Source of the DNA: Anaeromyxobacteraceae bacterium
GTDB taxonomy: Bacteria; Myxococcota; Myxococcia; Myxococcales; Anaeromyxobacteraceae
Direction: 5' to 3'
NCBI GenBank assembly: GCA_047602405.1
Contig: JASGHJ010000002.1
Location: 2,720,001 to 2,784,000, forward strand
DNA: 64,000 nt
Position 1 is the stretch's first letter; the number at the start of each line of letters is the position of its first letter. Positions 49,721 through 59,488 of this stretch are shown here, piece by piece. The notes below the pieces were generated by a model. It ran no database searches. It was not told where the DNA came from and was given only the letters and a program-made list of their open reading frames with translations. The translations under genes and the position numbers were made by a program.

Positions 49721-50650
49721 CTACGGCGCCCTCGCAGTGAGCTCGAACCGGATCGGCACCGCGGCGGGGCCGCCGGCGGCGGTGACGCCGGCGAGGGCCT
49801 TCTGCACGCAGGTCGCGAGCGCGGCGTCGCCGACGGAGTCGCCGGAGAGCTTCGGGGCGGCGCTGCCGGCCCCGGTGACCTCCGCGACCAGCACGCCGTC
49901 GAGCGACGGCGCCCGCTTGAGCGCGTCCGCGTAGCACGCGCCGAGGGCGTCCTGGCGGGCGGCGATGGCCTTGCGCGCGGCCGCGGGGCCCGACAGCGGC
50001 TCGCCGACCGTCACCCTCGCCTGCGCGCCGCGCGCGGCCGACAGCGCGGTCCGGTCCGCGCCGGCGGCGCCGCCGAGCGCCAGCACCTCCTCGCCTGCGC
50101 GCCAGCGCCAGGAGACGGGCTCGACCGCGAGGGTGCGCGGGCGGCCGCGGGAGCAGGTGGCGTCGTCCGGCAGGTCGAACACGAGCTCGAGCGCGAGCTC
50201 GCCCTTCCGCTGGAGCTCGAAGAGCCGCTTCGCCGTGGCGAGGTCGGCCTCCACCGGCAGCCCCGCCTCGGTCGCGCAGTAGAGCCGCGCGCCGCCGAAC
50301 CCGAGCAAAACGGCGTCCTGCAGGGCGAGGCGCCCCTCCCCGCGCGCGTACGGGCCGAAGAAGAGCTTCCCGGCCGGGATCGTCACCCGGTACCGCGCGA
50401 CGGTCGCGAGGTCGCGACGCTCCTCCTGGGTGTCCTCGGCGGTGGCCCGGTCGAGGGCGTCGCCCTTCGTGCGGAGGCGCTCCGCGGGCTCGAGGGCCTG
50501 GCAGAGGGTCTCGAGCTCGGCGGGGCCGGCGACCTCGATCGGGACCACGTCGGGCACGCCGGTGGCGGCGACGGCCGGCCCGGGGGCGGCGAGGCCCGGG
50601 GTGGGGGTGGCGGCGGCGAGGAGGGCGAGGAGCGCGGTGGTGGCGACCAT
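49721..50650 (-). CDS. Secreted hypothetical protein with AgmX/PglI-like C-terminal domain
   Basis: Signal peptide; 'LGACYADALKRAPSLDG...LATCV'. Confidence 0.65.
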   Translation of the reverse strand: MVATTALLALLAAATPTPGLAAPGPAVAATGVPDVVPIEVAGPAELETLCQALEPAERLRTKGDALDRATAEDTQEERRDLATVARYRVTIPAGKLFFGPYARGEGRLALQDAVLLGFGGARLYCATEAGLPVEADLATAKRLFELQRKGELALELVFDLPDDATCSRGRPRTLAVEPVSWRWRAGEEVLALGGAAGADRTALSAARGAQARVTVGEPLSGPAAARKAIAARQDALGACYADALKRAPSLDGVLVAEVTGAGSAAPKLSGDSVGDAALATCVQKALAGVTAAGGPAAVPIRFELTARAP

Positions 50651-50661
50651 GCCTCCGGATC

Positions 50662-51588
50662 CTACCCACTCCCGAGCCGGATCTTGAGGGCCTTCGGGAG
50701 GAGGTCGAACCGCGCCGGCGCCCGCCCCGGGTGCTCGCCGTCCACGTCGAGGAGCGCCTCGGCGTCCCCGACGGGCTCGATCTCGACGGTGCGCCCGTGG
50801 AACACCCGGGTGTTGGGCAGCTTCACGTGGGTGCCGTCGTAGAGGGTGCTCCGCTTCGTGACGAGGTCCACGAGCCCGAAGCCCTTCCACACCACGACGT
50901 CGAAGAGCCCGTCGTCCATGCGGGCGTCCGGCGCGACCTTCATGCCGCCGCCGAAGTACCGGCCGTTGCAGACGGACAGCGCCGTGACGCCCTCCTCGTG
51001 CCACTCGCCGCCGTCGATCCGCCAGCGCACCCTCGGGTCCGACCACCCGATGAGCGCGCCCGCCGAGGCGAGCATGTAGGAGAGCGGGCCGGTGAACTTG
51101 AGGCCGTCGATGCGCGACGAGACCGCCCCGGAGATGCCGCAGCCCGCGACGTTCGCGAAGTGGCGCAGGTGCGAGGTGCCGTCGTGCGCGCGGAACGCCA
51201 CCCGGCCGAGGTCGGCGACCACCGTGCGCTCGCCGGCGAGCGCGCGGGCCGCCTCGTGGAGGTTCTCCGCGAGGCCGAGCGTGCGGCGAAAATCGCCGCC
51301 GGTGCCGCGCGGGATGAAGCCGAAGGTGGAGTCGGGGTCGCGCAGCCGGCCCTCGTCGAGGAGGCCGTCGATGACCTCGCTCGCGGTGCCGTCGCCGCCC
51401 ACCGCGACCACGAACTTGCCGCCCGCCGCGAGCGCCTCCTGGGCGAGGCGCTTGCCGTCGCCGCGCGCCTTCGTGAAGGCGCACTCGAACTCGCCCACGG
51501 CGGAGCGCACGGCGCTCGCGATCTTGTCGAAGTGACGCCCCGTGCGGCCGGAGGCGCTCTCGGGGTTCACGATGAGCCAGGGCTTCAT
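50662..51588 (-). CDS. Diacylglycerol/lipid kinase family protein
   Basis: 'IVNPES', 'AVGGDGT', 'NGRYFGGGM', 'DVDGE'. Confidence 0.9.
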   Translation of the reverse strand: MKPWLIVNPESASGRTGRHFDKIASAVRSAVGEFECAFTKARGDGKRLAQEALAAGGKFVVAVGGDGTASEVIDGLLDEGRLRDPDSTFGFIPRGTGGDFRRTLGLAENLHEAARALAGERTVVADLGRVAFRAHDGTSHLRHFANVAGCGISGAVSSRIDGLKFTGPLSYMLASAGALIGWSDPRVRWRIDGGEWHEEGVTALSVCNGRYFGGGMKVAPDARMDDGLFDVVVWKGFGLVDLVTKRSTLYDGTHVKLPNTRVFHGRTVEIEPVGDAEALLDVDGEHPGRAPARFDLLPKALKIRLGSG

Positions 51589-51625
51589 GCGTCCCCGTGG
51601 CTTACCACGCTCGGAGTTCGCCCGC

Positions 51626-52087
51626 TCATCCGGAGCGCAGGTTCCGCGACCGGAGGTCGGCGGGACCGGAGTCGAGGGAGGCCATGGCGCGCAGCGTCGT
51701 GACGACGCGCGCGATGGGGACCTGGGTGGGGCAGAGCGCGTCGCAGCCGGCGCAGCCCGCGCACGCGTCGAGCGCCTCCTTCGCGGCGGGGAGGTCGGCG
51801 AGGTTGCGGGAGTAGAGCCGGAACGCCGCGTGGAGCCCCAGCGCGCGCACCGCGGGGTCCGCGGCGGCGAGCGCGCAGCCCGCCTCGCAGAGCCCGCACG
51901 AGATGCAGGCCGCGGCCGCCTGCGCGGCCTCCCGGTCGGCGGCGCTCGTCGGGCGGAGGCCGTCCTCGCCGGCGTACTGGGCGAGGAAGCGCGCCTCGCC
52001 GGTGCCGCGGTGCTGGAAGAGCTTCTTCAGCGGGTGCGCGACGAGCGCGCGCCAGGCGAGGTAGGCGAGGGCGGCGGGGCGGGCCAT
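51626..52087 (-). CDS. 4Fe-4S dicluster protein
   Basis: 'CISCGLCEAGC' and 'CAGCAGCDALCP'. Confidence 0.8.
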   Translation of the reverse strand: MARPAALAYLAWRALVAHPLKKLFQHRGTGEARFLAQYAGEDGLRPTSAADREAAQAAAACISCGLCEAGCALAAADPAVRALGLHAAFRLYSRNLADLPAAKEALDACAGCAGCDALCPTQVPIARVVTTLRAMASLDSGPADLRSRNLRSG

Positions 52088-52089
52088 CG

Positions 52090-52878
52090 TCAGGCGTCCT
52101 CCTTCGCGTCCGGGCGAGGGCGCCGCGGCGGCGGGGACGCCGCGAGCACCCGCTCGGCGCGGGCGCGGGCCGCGGGGGTGTAGGCCGCCGGGTGACGGCG
52201 CACGAGCAGCGCCCGGAGCGAGGCGTCGTGGGCGAGGGCGGCGTTGCTGCGCGCCCCGCCCGCCCCGCCCTTCACGCGGTAGAAGGCGAGCGGCTCCGCG
52301 ACGTGCACCGCCCGCACCCCGCGCTCGGCGCAGGAGAGCCAGAAGTCCCAGTCCTCGTAGCCCGCCGTGAAGTCGTCCGAGAAGCCGCCCACCTCCTCCC
52401 AGAGCCGGCGGCGGAAGAGCGAGGTCACGACCAGCCGGTTCCGCTCGGCGAGGCTCGCGAGGTCGAACGGCCCCATGAGCGCGCGCCGCGCGGCGCCGCC
52501 GTCCTCGAAGAGGAGCACGTCGGTGAAGGCGACGCCCGCGCCGGGGTCGCGGTCGAGGGCGGCGACCGTCTTCTCGAGGAAGGTCCCGTGCAGGAGATCG
52601 TCCGCGTCGAGGGGCAGGACGAGCTCGCCCGAGGCCGCGGCGATGCCCGCGTCGAGCGCGCCCGGGGGCCCGCGGTTCTCCTGCTCCACGAGCCGCAAGG
52701 CCTTGCCCGGGTGCGCGGCGGCGAGGGCGCGGAACGCGCCGGAGGTGTCGTCCGGGCTGCCGTCGTTCACGACGACGCACTCCCAGTCGGGATACGTCTG
52801 CCGCACGACCGAGCCCACCGCCAGCGGCAGGAGCGCGGCGTGGCCGTAGCAGCGGACGACGACCGAGACGCGCGGCAC
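52090..52878 (-). CDS. Glycosyltransferase family 2
   Basis: 'VSVVV', 'VNDGSPD', 'LDADD', 'YEDWDFW'. Confidence 0.88.
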   Translation of the reverse strand: MPRVSVVVRCYGHAALLPLAVGSVVRQTYPDWECVVVNDGSPDDTSGAFRALAAAHPGKALRLVEQENRGPPGALDAGIAAASGELVLPLDADDLLHGTFLEKTVAALDRDPGAGVAFTDVLLFEDGGAARRALMGPFDLASLAERNRLVVTSLFRRRLWEEVGGFSDDFTAGYEDWDFWLSCAERGVRAVHVAEPLAFYRVKGGAGGARSNAALAHDASLRALLVRRHPAAYTPAARARAERVLAASPPPRRPRPDAKEDA

Positions 52879-52880
52879 GC

Positions 52881-54194
52881 TCAGGTCCCCTCCCCGCGCG
52901 CGGCGGCCGCGGCGGCCTTGCCCGCGAGGAAGCCGGTGAGGAGCGCGACGCCGAGGCCGGTGCCGTCGGTCGCCTGCTCGTGGCCGCCGAGCACGGCGCC
53001 CGCCGCGAAGAGCCGCGGGTGCACGGGGCGGCCCTGCCCGTCGAGGGGCCGGAGCCGCGCGTCGGCGCGGAGCCCGGCCGAGAGGAGCGGCTGCGGCGCG
53101 CGGCGGTCGCGCAGCGTGAGCGGCTGCGCCGGGCGGTCGGCGAGGTGGACCCCGGCCTCGCGGCCCTCCGCCGCCTGCACCGGGAGCCCCAGCGCGGGCT
53201 CGACCAGCCGTCCCCGCCGCGCGATGCCGCCGCCCACGAACCGGCCGGTGGCGAGGACCCACGCGCGCGCCTCGAGCGTGGCGCCCGCGACGGCGAGCGG
53301 CGCGTCGGGCGTCGTCCCGGCGGCGCTCCCGGTCACGACCTCGACGCCCGCGGCGGCGAGGCGGGCCTCGAGGGCCGCCTGCAGCCGGAGCCCGGGCACG
53401 CTCGGGACGTCCGAGAGCGTCTCCGCGACCGGCAGGCCCGCCGCGCGGGCGACCCGCTCGTGGACCGCGCCGCCAGGCTCGAGCCCCTGCAGCTGGAGAC
53501 CCAGCACCGGCGGGAGGAGCGCCACGGCGGTGCCCGGCGGCAGGGCCGCGCGGAGCCGCTCCCCGAGCGCCTCGGCCGCGCCGGGCGCGTCGAGGGCGCG
53601 GGCGAGCTCGTGCGGGCGCGCCGCCTCGAGCCCGGCCCCGGGGAGGTCCACCTCGAGGGAGCGCACCTCCGGGCCGCCCCGGGCCCGGTAGCGGGCGAGC
53701 CCCGCCGCGACGAGCGCGGCGTCGAAGAGGAGGTGCCCGCGGAAGCCGACCACCGCGACCGGACCCCGCGCCGCGAGGAGGTCGCCCGCCTCCATCGTGC
53801 GCTGGCAGGTCGCCACGGCGGCGGCGGTGCCGAACGGCGTGGCCAGGAAGCGCGGCCGGTCGAGGGGCGGCGCGAGCACCGCCGCGAGCTCGCGGGCCGT
53901 GAACTCGAGGGCCTCCGGGAGGCGGTCGAGCCCGGCGCCGACCGCGGCGTACGGGTGGTCGGGGCGCTGCGCGGCGAGCCGGCGCGCGGCGTCGACCGGG
54001 CCCCGCCGCCACGAGAGCGGATTGCCGGGGGCGGCGGTGAGGTCGGGGGCGACGCCGATCGCGCCGGAGGAGAGCGCGGTCGCGCCCGGGGAGCGGCGCA
54101 CGAGCACCGCCGAGGCGCCCGCCTCGCGCGCGGCGAGCGCGGCGATGGCCCCGGCGAGGCCGCCCCCGACGACGAGGACGTCCGCGCGCTTCAC
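52881..54194 (-). CDS. glpB: Anaerobic glycerol-3-phosphate dehydrogenase subunit B-like
   Basis: 'DVLVVGGGLAG', 'PSVPGLRL', 'LATGRFVGGG', 'LFAAGAVLGG'. Confidence 0.8.
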   Translation of the reverse strand: MKRADVLVVGGGLAGAIAALAAREAGASAVLVRRSPGATALSSGAIGVAPDLTAAPGNPLSWRRGPVDAARRLAAQRPDHPYAAVGAGLDRLPEALEFTARELAAVLAPPLDRPRFLATPFGTAAAVATCQRTMEAGDLLAARGPVAVVGFRGHLLFDAALVAAGLARYRARGGPEVRSLEVDLPGAGLEAARPHELARALDAPGAAEALGERLRAALPPGTAVALLPPVLGLQLQGLEPGGAVHERVARAAGLPVAETLSDVPSVPGLRLQAALEARLAAAGVEVVTGSAAGTTPDAPLAVAGATLEARAWVLATGRFVGGGIARRGRLVEPALGLPVQAAEGREAGVHLADRPAQPLTLRDRRAPQPLLSAGLRADARLRPLDGQGRPVHPRLFAAGAVLGGHEQATDGTGLGVALLTGFLAGKAAAAAARGEGT

Positions 54195-55834
54195 CACGGC
54201 AGCTCCGCCGCGCCGTGGGCGCCGCGCAGGAGCTCCTCCTGCGCGAGCTGGGCCCCGTCGAGCACCGGCCGGCGCTCGCGCCAGCCCTGGTCGAGGAGGT
54301 CCGCGAGCTCCGCCCTGACCTGCTCGGCGCTCCAGCCGAGCTCGCGCCCGGCGAGCTGCGCGGCCGGCCGCGCGCAGTCGAGCCCGCCGCAGGCGCCCAC
54401 CGCGACGCGGCAGCGCCGGCGGAGGTCCTGGAGCCGGCGCACCTGCTCGTGCCGGACGCAGTACACGACCTCCGCCGCCAGGATTGCCTCGTCGCGGCAG
54501 AGCACGAGCCCGAGCCGGGGATCGTCCTTCGCGAGCGCGAGCACGTCGCGCGCGCGGCTGCCGTGGCGGTACGCGAGCCGGGCGGCGACCGGGGCGGCCA
54601 CGCCGAACTCGCGCGCGAGGTCCCGGGCCGCGGGCACGGCGTCGCCGCCGGGGAGCGCCTGCACGTGCGTGCGGCACGCGACGGGCGCCCTGCCGAGGAC
54701 CTGCAGGATCCGGTCGGTCGCCTCCTGTGCCTGGGCCCGGTAGCTCGCGAGCTTCCCGCCCACGAACGAGAGGAGCCCGCCCGCGCCCTCCCCGCCGTGC
54801 TCGAGGAGCTGGTGCTCGCGGGAGAGCGCGTCCTCGCTCGGGCCGTACGCGAAGATCGTCGTCCGCAGCCCGCACCAGGCGCGGGTGACGCGCGCGCCGC
54901 GGACGCCCGGCACGAGCGACGCCGCGCCCTCGAGCAGGTACTCGACCTCGTCGTTGGTGGCCTCGAGGTCGTCGGGATCGCCGTAGTAGTCGTCGTCGGT
55001 GGTGCCGATGATCGACTCGTTCTCGTGCGGCATGAGGAACATCTGCCGCCCGTCCACGGCCGAGAGGATGATGCCGTAGTGCGACCAGCGGCGGTCGAGG
55101 GTGAGGTGCACGCCCTTCCCCGGCCGCATCGGCACCTTCACCCGGTTCTTGCCCGCGAAGCGGGGCGACCAGGCGCCGGTGGCGTTGAAGACCGCCGGGG
55201 CGTGCACCACCGACTCCTCTCCGGTGAGCCGGTCGCGGATCCGCACGCCCGTGACGCGGCCGCCCTCGGTGAGGAGGTCGCGCGCCTCGGTCCAGGTGCG
55301 GACGTCGGCGCCGTGCGCGCGGGCGTCGAGCGCGTTCGCGACGCACAGGCGGAAGGCGTCGATGCCCCACTCGTCGAGCGTGACGGCGCCCGCGAGCCCG
55401 GGCCGGAGCGCGGGCTCGAGTCGGTACAGCTCCTCGGCGGTGACGCGCGTCGAGGGCTTCCCGCGCTTGAGCGGCTGGAACTGGTCGTAGGTGCCGACGT
55501 ACACCTCGGTCGCGTACCAGGCCGCCCGCTCGTACAGCGTCGCCGCCTCTCCCCTCGACGCGAACGGCATGAGGAACGGGATCCTGAAGAGGAGATGCGG
55601 CGCGATCCGCTGGATGTAGCCGGAGTCCTGGCAGGCGAGCGCGGTGACCGCGCGGCCGGAGAGCATGTAGCGAATGCCGCCGTGGATCATCCCCGACGAG
55701 TTGCCGGTGGCGCCCACGCCGAAGTCGGCCCGCTCGACGAGCAGCACCGAGAGCCCCCGGAGGGCGCAGTCGCGCGCCACGCCCGCCCCGTTGGCGCCGC
55801 CCCCGAGGACGATGACGTCGAAGTGATCCCGCAC
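54191..55834 (-). CDS. glpA: Glycerol-3-phosphate dehydrogenase subunit A-like
   Basis: 'GGGANGAGVARD', 'SSGMIHGGIRY', 'GGKLASYR', C-terminal 'GACGGLDC'. Confidence 0.85.
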   Translation of the reverse strand: MRDHFDVIVLGGGANGAGVARDCALRGLSVLLVERADFGVGATGNSSGMIHGGIRYMLSGRAVTALACQDSGYIQRIAPHLLFRIPFLMPFASRGEAATLYERAAWYATEVYVGTYDQFQPLKRGKPSTRVTAEELYRLEPALRPGLAGAVTLDEWGIDAFRLCVANALDARAHGADVRTWTEARDLLTEGGRVTGVRIRDRLTGEESVVHAPAVFNATGAWSPRFAGKNRVKVPMRPGKGVHLTLDRRWSHYGIILSAVDGRQMFLMPHENESIIGTTDDDYYGDPDDLEATNDEVEYLLEGAASLVPGVRGARVTRAWCGLRTTIFAYGPSEDALSREHQLLEHGGEGAGGLLSFVGGKLASYRAQAQEATDRILQVLGRAPVACRTHVQALPGGDAVPAARDLAREFGVAAPVAARLAYRHGSRARDVLALAKDDPRLGLVLCRDEAILAAEVVYCVRHEQVRRLQDLRRRCRVAVGACGGLDCARPAAQLAGRELGWSAEQVRAELADLLDQGWRERRPVLDGAQLAQEELLRGAHGAAELPW

Positions 55835-55885
55835 GGCCCAGGAGTCTACCTTCGAGCCGTCCCGGAGGGCGGTATCATCGGTGCC

Positions 55886-56623
55886 ATGCCACCCTCCGCC
55901 TGGCGTGCTGCGCTCCTCTGCGCAGCCCTGACCCTCCCCGCCGCGGCGCGCGCGACCGGCGCCCTCATGCCCGCGGGGCCGGTCGCGATCCCCCGGGACC
56001 TCGTGTCCCCCGACGAGCCCGCGGACCGCGGCTTCAGGGTGTTCGCGCTCGGCGGGATTGGCGACACGCGGGAGGACCTCTCCGAGCTGCCCATCCGGCT
56101 CACCGCGGGCGGCCTCGAGCTCGGCTTCGTGAAGCGGCTCTCCGACAACCTCTTCGTGTCGCTCGCCCTGGGCGGCCAGGCCTTCGGCTCGGTGGACCCG
56201 GATCCGGACCCCGACACCGCCCGCCCGCGGGCCCTCGGGGCCGGGCCGTTCGCCCAGGCCGCCGCCACGTGGCGGGTGGTCGAGGGCTTCGACGAGGAGC
56301 CCTTCGTGACCGCGACCTTCGGCATGAGCCTCCTCCGCGGGAGGAGCTCCGAGGGCGGCCGGCTCGACGTGACCGACCTCTCCCTCGGCGTCGCCGTGGG
56401 GCGGGCCTTCGACGAGCGCTGGGCGCCGTACGTCGCCGCGAAGGTCTTCGCCGGGCCGTCGAGCTGGCGCTGGGAGGACAAGCGACTCCACGGCCACGAC
56501 GCGAACCGCTGGTCGGCCAGCCTCGGGGTCGTGGCGACGCTCACGAAGACGCTCGACCTGCAGGTGGAGCTCGCCCCGGTGGGCGCCCGGGGCTTGACCA
56601 CGACGGTCGGCTGGACGTTCTGA
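55886..56623 (+). CDS. Putative outer-membrane beta-barrel protein
   Basis: Signal peptide ending ARA; terminal Phe ('VGWTF'). Confidence 0.65.
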   Translation: MPPSAWRAALLCAALTLPAAARATGALMPAGPVAIPRDLVSPDEPADRGFRVFALGGIGDTREDLSELPIRLTAGGLELGFVKRLSDNLFVSLALGGQAFGSVDPDPDPDTARPRALGAGPFAQAAATWRVVEGFDEEPFVTATFGMSLLRGRSSEGGRLDVTDLSLGVAVGRAFDERWAPYVAAKVFAGPSSWRWEDKRLHGHDANRWSASLGVVATLTKTLDLQVELAPVGARGLTTTVGWTF

Positions 56624-56693
56624 CGGGCGCCGCGGCGGCTCCCCGGACGGGGGTGTAACGGCTCGACGCCTCCCGGGACGTTAAGAGTCGACC

Positions 56694-57344
56694 ATGTTCG
56701 CAAAGCCCTCGTCGATCCCCACGGCCGCGGAGGCCCTCCCCGGCCGCCCCGAGCCCCTCCCCGTCCCCGAGACGCACTTCGTGAACGGGAACCGCATCGT
56801 CCCCCCGTTCCCCGCCGGCCTCGAGCTCGCCGACTTCGGCCTCGGCTGCTTCTGGGGCGCGGAGAAGGCCTTCTGGAAGCTGCCCGGCGTGTACGCCACG
56901 GCCGTCGGCTACCAGGGCGGCCACACGCCCAACCCGACCTACAAGGAGGTCTGCACCGGCCGCACCGGCCACGCCGAGGTCGTGCGCGTGATCTTCGACC
57001 CGCGGAAGACCTCCTACGAGCGCCTGCTGAAGGCGTTCTGGGAGGCGCACGACCCGACCCAGGGCATGCGCCAGGGCAACGACGCCGGCACGCAGTACCG
57101 CTCCGCCGTGTACTTCCACTCCGACGCCCAGCGCCGGGCCGCCGAGGCGACGCGCGAGGTCTACGCCGCCGCCCTCTCGGCCCGCGGCTTCGGCCCGATC
57201 ACGACCGAGCTGCGCGAGGCGCCGCCGTTCTACTACGCGGAGGACTACCATCAGCAGTACCTCGCGAAGAACCCGGACGGCTACTGCGGCCACGGCGGCA
57301 CGGGCGTGAGCTGCCAGCTCGGGACGGGGGTCGCGGCGGGGTAG
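56694..57344 (+). CDS. msrA: Peptide methionine sulfoxide reductase
   Basis: 'GCFWG', '[18 protein letters not shown]', 'AEDYHQQYL'. Confidence 0.95.
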   Translation: MFAKPSSIPTAAEALPGRPEPLPVPETHFVNGNRIVPPFPAGLELADFGLGCFWGAEKAFWKLPGVYATAVGYQGGHTPNPTYKEVCTGRTGHAEVVRVIFDPRKTSYERLLKAFWEAHDPTQGMRQGNDAGTQYRSAVYFHSDAQRRAAEATREVYAAALSARGFGPITTELREAPPFYYAEDYHQQYLAKNPDGYCGHGGTGVSCQLGTGVAAG

Positions 57345-57475
57345 CGAGGGTGGTCGCGGGGCGGTCGAGGGGCGAGCGTCGCCCGGCCACCGTGCCCGCC
57401 ACTCACACCCACACCGGCGCCTGTCGCCGGTAGGCCGCACCGTGAATGGCCCGCGGGCGGGCCCGTCCAAGAGGC

Positions 57476-57889
57476 ATGACGCCCGCCGACCGGAACCCGA
57501 GAGCCCTCCTCCTCGCGAAGGACCACGAGACGCTCTACCCGCTCGTCACGGGCCTCGAGCGGCGCGGGTTCGAGGTCCTCGCGGCCACCGACGGCGCGCG
57601 CGGCGTCGAGCTCCTCCTCGACAACCTCCTCTCGCTCGACGTGGTCGTGGCCGACCTCGACCTCCCCGGCCGCGGCGCCGCCGCGCTGCTCGACCTCGTC
57701 CGGGTGGCCGGCGGCGAGCACGAGCTCGCGGTGGTCGTCCGCGCCGAGGGGCTGTCCGCCCGGGACCGCGACGCCCTGCGCGCGCTCGGCGCGGACGCGG
57801 TGGTCAGCGCCGCCGACGACGCGGACCACGTCGCGGCGCTCGCGGAGGAGGCTGCCGGCGCGGGGGCGCCGTTCGCGCTCGCCGCCTGA
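57476..57889 (+). CDS. Atypical single-domain response-regulator receiver
   Basis: 'GFEVLAATDG', 'DVVVADLDLPG', 'LGADAVV'. Confidence 0.7.
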   Translation: MTPADRNPRALLLAKDHETLYPLVTGLERRGFEVLAATDGARGVELLLDNLLSLDVVVADLDLPGRGAAALLDLVRVAGGEHELAVVVRAEGLSARDRDALRALGADAVVSAADDADHVAALAEEAAGAGAPFALAA

Positions 57890-57965
57890 GACAAGTTGTA
57901 TGCTTACGGCATACAACTATGTCCGGACATGGTAACGGAAGGGGCCTGCGGCTCCATGTCGCCGC

Positions 57966-59324
57966 TCACTTCCCCGTGAGCACCAGCGCCTTCCCGTCGC
58001 GCACGACCTCGACGCGGGCGCCCGGCTTCGTCAGCGCCTTCGGGAGCTCGCCCATGAGCTTTCCGGGCGCGGCGCCGTCGATCGCGGTGATCCGGTCGCC
58101 CTTCACGAGCCCGAGCGCCTCGCCGGCGCTGCCGGGCGCGACGTGCTCGACGACGCCGTCCCCGCCCGGCTCCACCCGGAGCGCCACGCCGAGGCGCGGG
58201 CCTGCGCCTCCGGGGCCGCTGCCCAGCGGCGGCCGCGGCGGGCCGGCCTGGATCGGCCGCGCGTCCGGCGCGTAGGCGGCGCGGACGGCCTCGGCGAGCC
58301 CCTCCACGAACTCGCCGCTGAAGCCGCCGTTCGTGAGCACGACGATCGCGAGGTCCTTCGCCGGCCAGGTCGCGAGGCCGGCCGTGAACGAGCCCTCGCT
58401 CCCGAGCGCGACGCCGCCCTCCTCCGGCCTCCCGCCCCCGCCCTTCAGCCCCGCGAGCTCCGCGACCGCCTTCTCGCCGAGGTACGTCGTCGCGCGGCCG
58501 GCCTCCGCCGCGACCTCGACCGCGGCGAAGGCGGCGAAGTCCGCGAGCGTCAGGTTCGCGGCGCCCGCGGGCGCGAGCACGCCGGACACGGGCGGCACGC
58601 GCGGGTTCGGGAGGTAGCCGTCCGGCGTCCGCGCGTGGCCCACGGCGCTCGGGCCGAGGCCGAGCTCCTCGGTGCGGCCGAGCCGAGCGTCCTTCATGCC
58701 GAGCGGGGCGAACACCTCGTCCGCGACGAGCGCCTCCCAGGGCCTCCCGCCCACCCGCTCCGCGACCACGCCGAGCAGTGCGTAGCCGGCGTTCGAGTAG
58801 AGGAACCTCCCGCGCTCGCCGGCGGGCGGCTCCATGAGCAGCTTCCCGACGAACTCGGCGCGGCGCTCGACCGGCGTCTTGCCCTTCAGCTCGAAGAACC
58901 CCGGCGTCTTCACCGGCGTGATCTCGGTGTACGGCTGCAGGCCCGCGGTGTGCCGGAGCACGTCCCGCAGGCTCGCCTCGCGGTAGGCGGCCTGCATCGG
59001 CACGTCCGGCAGGACCTCGGCGAGCGTCTTCCCGAGGTCCACCTTCCCGGCCTGCGCGAGGCGCAGGAGGAGCATCCGGGTCATCGGCTTCGTGCAGGAG
59101 CCGACGAGGAACCGGTCGGCCTCGGTGACCCGGTCCGCCTTCCCGGCCTCGCGAACGCCGCGGGTGCTCGAGGCGACGACCTTGCCGCCCTGCACGACCG
59201 CCACCTCGGCGGCGGGCATCTTCGAGCCCGAGAGCGCGGCGTCCAGGAGGGCGTCCAGGCGGGGGTCCGCCTTCGGCGGTGAGCCGGCGGCGGCGAGCGT
59301 GAGGAGGAGCGCGGTGACGAGCAT
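57966..59324 (-). CDS. Serine hydrolase (beta-lactamase family) with C-terminal PDZ domain
   Basis: SxxK 'SCTK', 'LRHTAGL', 'YSN'; PDZ 'LGV...VAPGSAGEALGLVKGDRITAIDG'. Confidence 0.88.
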   Translation of the reverse strand: MLVTALLLTLAAAGSPPKADPRLDALLDAALSGSKMPAAEVAVVQGGKVVASSTRGVREAGKADRVTEADRFLVGSCTKPMTRMLLLRLAQAGKVDLGKTLAEVLPDVPMQAAYREASLRDVLRHTAGLQPYTEITPVKTPGFFELKGKTPVERRAEFVGKLLMEPPAGERGRFLYSNAGYALLGVVAERVGGRPWEALVADEVFAPLGMKDARLGRTEELGLGPSAVGHARTPDGYLPNPRVPPVSGVLAPAGAANLTLADFAAFAAVEVAAEAGRATTYLGEKAVAELAGLKGGGGRPEEGGVALGSEGSFTAGLATWPAKDLAIVVLTNGGFSGEFVEGLAEAVRAAYAPDARPIQAGPPRPPLGSGPGGAGPRLGVALRVEPGGDGVVEHVAPGSAGEALGLVKGDRITAIDGAAPGKLMGELPKALTKPGARVEVVRDGKALVLTGK

Positions 59325-59488
59325 CGGGACCTCGGGGGCGACGGTGAGTCCGGGAGAGGCGTTCGATCCTCGGGTCCCGACCCCGGCGCGCCCCGGAGGT
59401 TAGCCGGACGCCCCTTCCGTGCCGCGGCGCCCGCCAAGCGTCACGAACGCCCCGCGGACATCTCACGGATCCGAGGAGGAGCCTCGAG

